Origin: Octopus sinensis
Taxonomy: Eukaryota
Length of the DNA stretch: 64,000 nucleotides
Direction: 5' to 3'
Assembly (NCBI RefSeq): GCF_006345805.1
Contig: NC_043009.1
Span: forward strand, 66,092,001-66,156,000
The notes below the pieces were generated by a model. The model was not told the DNA's origin. It saw only the letters and a program-made list of their open reading frames with translations, and made no database searches. Below are positions 52,860-64,000 of the stretch, piece after piece (position 1 is the first letter of the stretch; every line of letters starts with the position of its first letter). Position numbers and translations under genes: made by a program.

Positions 52860-53232
52860 TTTTACATGTTTTTCAGTCATTAGACTGCGGCCTTGCTGGG
52901 GCACCACCTCGAGCAATTTTAGTTGACTGAATCAACCCCAACACATACATTTTAACCCTGGCACATATTCTATCCTTCGCTTTTGCTGAATCGATACTTT
53001 ATGGGAACGTAAATACACCGACATCGGTTGCCAATCTATGATAGGAAACAAACCCAACACACACACATACGACGGGCTTCGTTCATTTTCCGTCAACCAA
53101 ATCCATTCACAATGCTTTGGTTGGCCTGTGACTATAGTAGGAGGCACTTGCTCAAAGTGTCCCACAGTGGGATTGAACCTAAAATTATGTGGTTGGGAAG
53201 CAGATTTCTTACCACACAGTCGCGCCTGCGCC
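52860..53232 (-). mobile_element. SINE family B
   Basis: Reverse complement of the consensus, diverged. Confidence 0.8.
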
Positions 53233-54489
53233 TACGGTTTAATCATGAAAGACCGATGGCTTGCATTTTTGCATTGCTGGTGTTGTGCTTTGTTTATTGT
53301 CGCCGAACAATCGTTGCCCGATTCACCCTAAGCTGTAAATAAGAGTTATGAGTAGCTAAAGTGATAGACTTTATCAAGCGGTCGAGCCCGAAGCCAGCTC
53401 CAAGCGATTGGATGTCTTTAGCTGGGTGGAATCTGCAAAGAGAAGCAGTCACAGATATTGGTGACTTTCGAAAGGCTTGCGTTGGACGGAAACCGAGAGA
53501 AGGAGGAGGAGGAGAGAAATTAGAGGAAAGGGAAGAGGATAAAGTAGGGGGAAGGGGAAGAAAGAAGGAAAGGAGGGCGTACAGAAGAAGAAGAAGAAGA
53601 AGAAGAAGAAGAAGAAGAAGCTATATTATAATTACTTCGTTTTCTTCCATAAGTCTCGGCGACTCTATGAAAGATCACGTATGACGGCCCTCCTTCACTG
53701 ATTAAGAGAATTATATTTAAGAAATTAATTCTGTTTAGATCGAATGTGATCGTTAAATCTAATGTTTTGAATATATTGATTAACTTTTTTCTTAGCTTTT
53801 AATAAATACTGTTCTTATAGTAATCCTAACGAGAAATTATTGTATATTAATAACAATTCGATTCACCTTAGTAAATGCATATCTGCCACGTCTTCCGAAG
53901 TGGAATTTTTTAGCCGTGGTTTACATTATTAAAATGATGCAATAAAAGACATTGGTTTCAAAAACAGAAAACATTACTTAAAGAACTGTGCTAATATTCA
54001 CAAAAACATAAAAAAAGGAAATTAAAACTATGCGGTATAATCCTATCTGTAGGTTAAATGTTGGTTCTGACTTATCAGGATTTTCTTAAACATTATAAAT
54101 AAGCATTTCTTTGTAGACCCTGCATATCACAATATCTTTAATAAAAATATCATTAAGGTAAGCTACAGATACATCAAAAATTTATGTTTCCATAGTCAGT
54201 GAAAGCAATAGAAGCATTTCTTGTACGAACACGCTTAATTCGCTCAGTGCAATTGCAGTAAACTCTAATATCTGCACTCGGTTTGTGTCGTTCTAAACCG
54301 TTAGTTTTTAGAGCTTAGGTCTGCCATGCAGTTTGCAATGAAAGAAAAAACTATACAAAGCTTACTGAAAATACATTTAAATAAGATTCTCTCAACATAT
54401 CTATGCGTTCAGACACTTAGTACAGCGCTTGCCATTTCGCATTCAAAATATATCTGGAGATTAAGGGAGGATAATCCGTATTTTACCTT

Positions 54490-54733
54490 TTTTACATGTT
54501 TCAGTCATTGAATTGCGGCCATGCTGGGGCGCCGCATTGCATGGATTAACTGAACAAACCGATCCCAGAACTTTTTTAAAATCTGGTATTTATTTTATCA
54601 TCTTTTATTTTTTGCTGAACTGCCAAATAACGAGAACATAAATAAACCAACACCAGTTGCCAATCGATGGTGGGAGATAAATACACTACAAACTCAACGA
54701 CACACGAACACATATACACGACGGGCTTCTACG
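54490..54733 (-). mobile_element. SINE family B, 3' part
   Basis: TTTCAGTCATTGAATTGCGGCCATGCTGGGGC..ACGACGGGCTTC. Confidence 0.75.
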
Positions 54734-54902
54734 CATCACCAGGCATTATTAACTCAAGAAGTTGATCGAATTCCTTATTCCGGTCTTCTTCAGTACTGTC
54801 AAAAGATAGGAATTGGCTAATTTTTGTAGATACTCCTCTCGCTATTTATTGAGCACTCCTAACTTATAACTCGATAAAACATTTCCCACATAATGGACTT
54901 AC

Positions 54903-55003
54903 CATATCCGATAAAATAGTCATATAAATACCAAGAACATCAATGCAAAAACTTCATTAACCACAGCTCTTTTCTTGCGCATGTGTAGTTTACACTCATG
55001 ATA
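54903..55003 (-). other. Candidate 101-nt exon (5' UTR-like, possibly ending in a start segment MTILSDM)
   Basis: Acceptor TTTTCTTCTCTCCTCAG| and donor ATG|GTAAGT; stops in all frames, so at most the 3' part could be coding. Confidence 0.35.
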
Positions 55004-55254
55004 CTGAGGAGAGAAGAAAATTACGTGTTTTCACTCATGAGTAGATGAAAATATCACGCATTAGGTTTTGACAATAGAATAGATGAATGCGTGATTTAGT
55101 TTATGAGTTTTATTGTTTGCTTATTTGATTAATCAAATCGCAATGTACTGTGGTTCATGATATTTCGATGTATTTGCATATATTTTTGCTTATACGATGT
55201 CACCTTGTTTCAGTACTCTAGTTATTTGAATAATCAGTGACGTGAAATATGCAC

Positions 55255-55420
<166 letters not shown>

Positions 55421-57395
55421 CGTGTGTATATGTATGAATGCATGGATGTATATATGAGTGCATGTGTAATGTCAAATGATGTAAAACGGTAAGAAATCCC
55501 ATAGATCGGTGCTTTAGAGCAAAAAGCATTCTATAGCATTTGTTCCGGCCAGTTTATCACTATCACATTGTAACCAGCATCACTTCCGTTAAGTAAATAT
55601 AACATGTGCAAGAAAAGAAAGAAAGAAATCAATAGAGTAGCTACCAGGCATAAAAAAGAAACAAATACGTATTGGGTTCGATTCGTACCATGGTTGATCG
55701 ATTTGGTGGATGTGGTTGGTATTTGTGAAGTGAGGACCGATGGTGATGCCAGAGGAGTCAGCTTTGATAGCCATGGTGATGGTAGTGGTACAAGAGAACT
55801 GAAGATGGTGGGTCTGGTGCAAATGCTGAACGATCTGGAGATGGTACTGGAAGTTGTACGGGTGGTAGTACAAGTGGTGGTAGATTTAATGTTGGGGTGG
55901 GGGTCAGATCTGGAGATTAAACTATACTGGAAATAATATGTTTGGTGGGGGTGGCGTCGGGCGTGGTTAAGGTGGTGGCAGTGGTGGTGGTGGTGATGGT
56001 GGTAGTGACGATGATGGTGGTAGTGTTGTTGTTGGTGGTGGTGGCGTTGTTGTTATTGTTGGTGGAGGTGGCGATGGTGGTGCCGGTGATGCTGGTAGTG
56101 TTATTGTTGTTGTTGCTGTTGGTTGTGGTGGTGGCGATGGTGACGGTAATGATGGTGGTGGTGGTGGTAATTATTTTAGTTCTTGGAATGGTATTAGAGG
56201 TTTCTCGATAGTAATACTAACTCTGCTGGTAGACATAGAGTTAGTAGATTTGGTAGCCGTGGTGGTAGTGGTGGTGGTGGTGGTAGTGGTGGTGGTGGTG
56301 TAGGTGTTGTTGTGGGGGCGTTGGTAGAGTTAAATCTGGAGGTGGTATATTTGATAATGGCGGTGATGGTGGTGATGGCTGATGGTGTGTGTAAATTATT
56401 AGACATTCATTATTTATCCAATTTGTTAACAATTAGCACAGCATCTAATTATGGTGAATATTTAATAAAATAGCTTCTAGCTGATCTTACGGCAACACTA
56501 ACAGCCCTCCAACCATGACGAAGACGACGACGGCGACGACGACCATGACCACCACCACGACCACCACTAAAATTGCTACCACCACCGTCATCATTAGTAT
56601 CACCACCAACACCAACATCATTTCCAGCTCCTACATCACCATCACCACCACTACGACTACTGCTGCTGCTACTACTACTACTATTACCATCTGCATTACA
56701 ATTAGTATCACTATTACTACCATCGCAAAAAAAACTACCTCACCACTAACTCTCCCACCACTACCTCAAACATCACCATCATCTCCACTCCCACCACGAC
56801 CACTTCCACTGGCCATCACCATCGTCAGAACCGCTACCACCAACGCTATCATCACCACCGTAACCACCATCACCTCAGTACAACCATCGCTACCATCATC
56901 TCCCCACCGCCATCGCTGCTGCTCTTCCTCCGCCGCCGCTGCCGCCGCCGAATTTAGGTAAACAGTTGGTGTTGTTTGTGTTGTTGTTTAGCCGAAGATG
57001 TTCCCTGAGATATTGAAACCAAGACCACCCAATCCCCAAACTCTATACCTTGAACTAAGTTATCCACTTTGCCAGTAAAATAGCAGAGTTTGATTTGGCT
57101 GCTATTTCTAGCTTACGGACAATGGGAGAACGTAAAGGCACCAAAGTTGACTGCCAGCGTGAGTGGTGGTGCTAGTGATGAAAACGATGATGATGATGAT
57201 GGTTGTGATAATTGCCATGACTCATCGATGGTTTCGACAGTGCAGCTATGATGTTCAACATCACGTGATCACGAGACTGACCAGTTTATAGCAGGTCGTT
57301 ATACATCGCTGGTCAAAACGCGCTTTGCATCGTTTTAACTTTTGTGGAGCCGAAGAGATGATAGCCTGAAGGCGCTAAATCTGGTGAGTGTGGAG

Positions 57396-57623
57396 GTAGT
57401 GAAGAAGTGGCTCAAAGATCAGTCAACAGAATTTTACGGAGCAGGGATACATGCTCTTATTCGAAGGTGGAACATTGCTACTGAGAGAAACTGCGACTAT
57501 GTTAAGAAGTAGGGATGTGATCCACACAGAACCAGATTCATTTTGATGCATGATACACGTTCTTGTGTTGGTAATTATACCTGTCCTAAACAAATTGGCA
57601 TTACTTTTTGACTCACCCTGGTA
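57396..57623 (+). mobile_element. mariner transposase C-terminus and right TIR remnant
   Basis: VVKKWLKDQSTEFYGAGIHALIRRWNIATERNCDYVKK* followed by the TIR-like ATTACTTTTTGACTCACCCTGG|TA. Confidence 0.8.
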
Positions 57624-57952
57624 TATTCACATTTATATCAGTAGTAATTGGTGCATTGGCTTTTGTGAGTAAATACCTAAGTGAGAATCTGGATGGGCTA
57701 AGGTTTTCAGAAACAAAAATCAATCAGTTATAAGTCGTACGTTACAAATACAATCTGTGAGTGGAAGAGTCAAAATATGCAAGACTTTATAAAAGTTTAA
57801 AGTGTGACATTGTTTTTGTTATCAGTCTTCCCACTATGGAGCTTTACATCTTTGTTAGAAACCAACTCCTTCCTTAAAAGAAGACTTCGAATAATTAATA
57901 GCAGAACAGAACACACACACGCACAGACAGACACACACAGACACACACACAC

Positions 57953-58018
<66 letters not shown>

Positions 58019-58078
58019 AAAGAAGGTATACACACACAGACATAGAAAGAAGATCTACTCACACACACACACACACAC

Positions 58079-58117
<39 letters not shown>

Positions 58118-58356
58118 ATACGTTCGCACGTACATACTTGCTTATATTCCACATACATCATGCATACACACATCAGTGTATCAAATATATTTGAAGTAGT
58201 TTACGTTGTTACTCAGAGTTTCCACAAAGTCTCGTTTCTCCAGGCATTTTTTCTCTAATGAAAAAGTACTTTAAAATTCCAAGATGGCTCCAGGATGCGT
58301 TTCTTTTTTGTTGGCCTCAGCTGAGTACGTTTTGCTGTTTTTCTTCCTTTCGTTAT

Positions 58357-58401
<45 letters not shown>

Positions 58402-58714
58402 CGAGCAGAATTAATGACAGAACTTGATAAATGAATGTAGAATATTCGTTATCACATAATAATAACTATGAGGCTCCTAAACTCCATTACTGGAAGTTTC
58501 ACGCTTCCGCTCCTTCAGGTGGTTCCCCAAGTATGTTTTCTCTTGGATAATCAGTTGCTTGAATCAATACATTGTTCATCGGCGATGCCACCGGATCTAA
58601 AGCTCTGGCACGATTGGGTTTACAGCAAACCTACTCATCAGTGGCAGCGGCTTAATAACGGAAAATAAAATAAAATTGTACTTAAAATAGTCAAAATAGT
58701 TAAGTGTTTTACAT

Positions 58715-58715
58715 A

Positions 58716-58761
<46 letters not shown>

Positions 58762-59280
58762 CGTGTGTGTGTATATATATATATGTACATATATATATAT
58801 GTATCTATGTATATATGTATATATATGTATATATATATATGTATATATATGTATATGTATATATATATGTATATATATATATATATATGTATACATTATA
58901 TATATGTGTGTATATGTATATATATAGATGCATATATAGACGTACATAGGTGTATATACAGACATACATATATATATATGTATGTATATGTATATCTATA
59001 TATGTATGTATATTTTTATATATATATATATATATATAATATAGATAGATACATATATAGACGTACATATATGTATATACATATATATATATATATATTA
59101 TATATATATATATATATACATAGATACATATACATACACACAAACATGAATTTAATATATATATATATGTATATATACATGTGTATATATATGTGTGTGT
59201 GTGTATATATATGCACACACACATACATATACACACACGCACACCACACACACACACACGCACACACTTACATTCACACA
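58715..59280. repeat. (TA)n/(CA)n compound microsatellite
   Basis: Direct inspection. Confidence 0.95.
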
Positions 59281-59801
59281 TACCCAAACACCTACACGCT
59301 ACACCCACATATCCATACGCATTTGTCCGCAAATGCAAGTGTTCTAGTTGGCCAACTTCCTACCAGTCATCTATTTATACGATATTTTCTAAATTCTGCC
59401 ATGGCCTCAAGGCATGTATCGTCTCTACTTTCACTTTCTCGTTTCATGCTAACTCGCCTACAAACTCACACACATTAAATATCAAACACAGACACACAGA
59501 CACTGACACACATACACCCCTTGAAAACAAACAAATACGCATACGAGCAGCTTTCTGTTCCACTTTTATTTCTTTCTCTCTGCCAGTCTAATCTATTTTA
59601 CATTATTGCTAACCCGCATCCGCATCTATGAAGCAGGAAAGAGTAGCTTTTCTAGCAGATGGTGGTCATTCAATCAGCTTGAAATAGCAGCCAAATAGCC
59701 TTCAAATTACAATCTATGTAGTTCTAGTATTCTCCTTCACTTGTTTCAGTCATTTGACTGCGGCCATGCTAGAGCACCGCCTTTAGTCGAGCAAATCTAC
59801 C

Positions 59802-59819
59802 CCAGATAGATATATAGAC

Positions 59820-59868
<49 letters not shown>

Positions 59869-59869
59869 C

Positions 59870-59966
<97 letters not shown>

Positions 59967-59978
59967 AAAATAGATAGA
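59802..59978. repeat. (GATA)n microsatellite
   Basis: Direct inspection. Confidence 0.95.
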
Positions 59979-60919
59979 TTCCTTTTTGGCCACGCTGGGC
60001 TGAACACAGAAGGGACAAAAAACAAAGTAGAGCTTTTCTTTTTGGGAAAAAGAGAAAGAAAAAAATGAGTCGAATTCCGATCAAAAGGGATCCTGAAAAA
60101 AATATAATAAGATAAAAGAGTGGGGACGATTAATAGGGATCGTGTATCACAGAAATGTCAATGTAAAAAGGGAAAACAGATTAGGTTTGTCCGTGAATAG
60201 TAAAGCAAAAACCTACGGAAATGACCACGGGAACCTTGGGCAATAGTGTAATGCAAAAAGATAACATATTACAGTAAGTGGCTCTCTTTTTTCCTTTCGT
60301 TTTTTTCTTTTGGTTCATAGGATTATGCTCAAGGTGGCTCCGTCATTCACACGTGTCATCCTTGCTACATTCACCCATCTTTTTTTGAAGCATTCACTAG
60401 ACAACACTCCCCTCTCTACTCTCACCTTCCTCTTCAAGTGATACTTGAAGAAGTTGATGAGAGATTGACCAGAGAGGAAAGTGTTTGTCTCTAGACCTTT
60501 CAGATGCGTCCACCATACACATTCTTTCACCATAGCCACAAGTACGATGAAAATGGCTCTTCCTTCCCGTTTCAAGGAAGGAGGCGCGACAATATTCATG
60601 ATAGACTCGGTTGATAAACTGACTCGTCGCACACTCGATAGCAGTTGTTCGACATAGGCCCACAGGTGGGAAATGGTTGGACACTGTATGAGTGCATGCA
60701 GAACGGTTTCGTCGCTCTAACCGCATCTCGGACAGATCGGCCCCGTGTTTCTCGAGCCATGCCTGTAGAGCTTATCCCGAACGGGGTAGCGCTTCTCGAT
60801 AGCACTGCCAGGTCAAGGATCTCTGGAAGTTGTCCATAGGTCCCAACCCGAAAGTCGTCTTGAACAGGCGGGGCAGATATTCCTCGTCGACGCCCAGGTT
60901 CGCCCTGAAATCGTCGTCG
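59979..60919 (-). mobile_element. Tx1/L1-clade LINE, 5'-truncated (ORF2 C-terminal zinc-knuckle region + 3' UTR)
   Basis: Joined frames: WQCYREALP(fs)[80 protein letters not shown]; the ORF ends at 60315 and the UTR runs to 59979. Confidence 0.85.
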
Positions 60920-60920
60920 T

Positions 60921-61200
<280 letters not shown>

Positions 61201-61571
61201 AATGTATAGATCAAGAGACAGAATCTTGCTTATATAAAAAACAGACGGAAAGCAAAAGGATACCAGCTATGTTGGTGAATAAGTATGTTAACACTGACGC
61301 CAAACAATGCATTTTATAAAGTAACAGGAGAAATATTATGTTGGTTCCGTTCATGCTTTTTCCCGTCTCTCGATGATATTAGTTTTGAACATCAAGTGAA
61401 GCGGTCGAAACTGGAAGCTGAACTAACACTAGGACTCCGATCTCTGCAAATTAACCTCAGCTCTTTGCTATTTGCGGTTCATAGAAAAATATTTAGTGTC
61501 GCTACCATTATTCTTGTTTTCAACATCAAAAGCTACCCTCCTCTCCTGGTGTTATCCGACAGATCTATTAC

Positions 61572-61614
61572 CGATTCATTATGTCTCTGACTGTGAAGGT
61601 TGACAACGGAATAT
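61572..61614 (-). other. Candidate 43-nt exon
   Basis: Acceptor CCTTTCACACCTTGTTACAG| and donor TCG|GTAATA. Confidence 0.2.
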
Positions 61615-61883
61615 CTGTAACAAGGTGTGAAAGGAATATCATAAAAAAAAACTTCGGTTGCCAATCAGGTGCCTGCAAATAATGGAAACCTATCGAACAC
61701 GCATTACGAAGCGTTGGGTAGAGAAACAGATTAGATTTTTCTGGCCTTTGAATAAAAGACGTGACAAAGAGATTTCAATTATTTTTCTTCTTGATGCCAG
61801 TATTGCCCTAAAAATTGCTAAAGAATCGAAACTCAGGCATTTAAAAATGTTTCTAGTTACCTTTTAATATTTCTGGTGCTTAA

Positions 61884-62461
61884 GGCGGCGAGCTGGCAGA
61901 ATCGTCAGCATGCCGGGCGAATTGCTTAGCAGCATTTCGTCCGTCTTTACGTTCTGAGTTCAAATTACGCCGAGGTCGACTTTACCTTTCATCCTTTCGG
62001 GGTCGATAAAATAAGGAGACCAGTTGAACACTAGGGCCGGTGTAATCGACTTAGACCCTTCCCCGGATCTGCTAACCTCGTGCCAAAATTTCAAGCCAAT
62101 ATTTGTGGTTCTTTTATAATGGTTTTTGTATTGTTTGTCACAGATGTTATATTTTGTCCATTCTGTACGGAATATTAAACGCTGAACCGGAGGTCAGCTT
62201 TTATTTGATGGTTACACTTCAAACTTTTACATTGCAACTAGGAAGGCGAACTGGCAGAAACGTTAGCGCGGCGGGGAAAATATGCTTTACCGCATTTCTT
62301 CCGATGTGACGTCCTGAGTTCAAATTCCGCAAAAGTCGACTTTGTCTTTCTGCCTTTCGAGGTCAGTAAAAAAGGTACCAGGTGAGTACTGGCAATCGAT
62401 GTAATTGACTTACCCTCTCTCACAAAATTTCTGGCATTATGCCAAAATGTGAAACCAGTAT
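61884..62461 (+). mobile_element. Two family A SINE copies (tail B)
   Basis: Copies at 61884-62104 and 62241-62461, each ending in a ..GCCAAAAT(T/G)T..AA.CA.TATT tail. Confidence 0.8.
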
Positions 62462-62522
62462 TTCACATTGCAGCTGTGTTAAAATTTAATATACATTTCT
62501 GATAATTACCTGAATCTTTACA

Positions 62523-62793
62523 TTTTACATTTTTCAGTCAACGGGCTGCAGTGATGCTTGAGCACTACCGTGAAGTTTTTCTCTGTAAAAAAAAATCGAC
62601 CACGATCGATGTGACTAATATATACAAATCATGTATAAAATGAGCTTCTTTCAGTTTCCGCCTATCAAATCCACTCACGACGCTTTGCTCGGCCCGAGGT
62701 TATAATCGAAGACACTTGCCCAAGGTGCCAGGCAGCGGGACTGAACCCAGAATTTTTGTAGCTGGGAAACAAACTACTTACCACACAGCCATT
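62523..62793 (-). mobile_element. SINE family B, internally deleted
   Basis: Reverse complement of the head and the 3' end. Confidence 0.75.
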
Positions 62794-62840
62794 TCTGTGC
62801 CAAATGTACTTTTGTTATATCTAGCACAAAAGATGTGCTA

Positions 62841-62897
<57 letters not shown>

Positions 62898-63542
62898 ACA
62901 CACATACACACATACACACACAAACACACACACATACACACACATTCACACACAAACGTTTCTATCACAGTCTTGCTGTATTCTGTCTGTAAATTGTTGT
63001 TTTTGTTTTTGCATAACAACTTTAAATTAAAATTCTTAAATCATAATAGGTTTGGAAAGTTTTAGCACCAATTTCAAATGATCTGTTAAAACCTTATTCA
63101 TAAGAAATGCCTTCGATTAAATAATGTTTGTTGCTGGAATCCTTTGGGACCCATTCGAACAGCTCCAAGAATTTTACGTTCTATTCAGATGTCGCTATTC
63201 TCATGAATAAAACACATATTTCAATTATATTTATGTTCTAAAGTTAATATTTGACTTTCTAAGATAGAATCAATAATGGAGGAATCAGAACTCACTGGGT
63301 GACCTTCTTTCATAACCAACACCATTGCCAGCGGGCAAGCACACGTGCATACACACAAGCAGACGTATCGGGCTGAAGGATAAGCTGACCAAAACTTTGA
63401 AGTTACGGTCCGCAATATTTCTGTTAAAAATGATAAATATATACTCCACAAAATGTATTGAGTACTCCCCCAGTTTAATGCAAAATTGCTTTTTTATAAC
63501 TCGACATAATATATATGTATACGTATATATACATATATATAC

Positions 63543-63586
<44 letters not shown>

Positions 63587-63592
63587 TATATA

Positions 63593-63647
<55 letters not shown>

Positions 63648-63868
63648 GTATGTATGTACGTATGTATGTATATGTATATAATATTATATATATATATATA
63701 GATAATATATATATATACACATGTATATAAATATTTGTATGCACATACACACGCGCACACACACATGCACACACACGCAGACACAACTTGTTCAAAATTG
63801 TACAACAAACAGATGACAGAGGAAACAACAAACAAGCTGTATTAGTGTGAAATTCAAGAAAAATGAGT

Positions 63869-63904
63869 GTTTGACGTTTCGAACCTACGCTTTTTTTCAG
63901 AAAA
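63869..63904 (-). ncRNA. Decayed hammerhead-like motif of the 40.7-kb family
   Basis: Minus strand TTTT-CTGAAAA-AAAGC-gtag-GTTC-GAAAC-GTC-AAAC. Confidence 0.4.
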
Positions 63905-64000
63905 GAACGAGTAGAGAAAACAGATGGGGAGAAGAAAAGGAAGGGAGAGGGAAAAAGGTGTCTGGATTATGTTTGCCACGTGTTGTTTTATATAATATAT

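Overview
This is AT-rich eukaryotic non-coding DNA saturated with microsatellites and short retroelements. It is most probably Octopus: I infer this from the tRNA/CORE-type SINE families and the extreme simple-repeat density, and have not confirmed it by search. No protein-coding gene can be called with confidence. Nearly all ORFs in the track are translations of simple repeats or fragments of transposon ORFs, and a few short segments with good splice sites are listed only as weak exon candidates. Recognisable content: at least four SINE families (labelled A-D here); decayed RTE, Tx1/L1 and Penelope retroelement fragments; hAT and piggyBac MITEs; a mariner remnant; and a non-autonomous Helitron. 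Two observations stand out. (1) A TSD-flanked non-coding element joins a tRNA-derived Pol III head to a Penelope-type terminal repeat carrying a minimal hammerhead ribozyme. It occurs once with an intact core (51.3-51.6 kb) and once as a fold-back with a hammerhead on each strand (5.0-5.5 kb). (2) The 3' tail of the most abundant SINE matches the 3' end of a Tx1-clade LINE that sits twice in (GATA)n arrays (35/42 nt, ungapped), which points to a SINE-LINE partnership. Coordinates were read by eye, so the ends of decayed elements are approximate.
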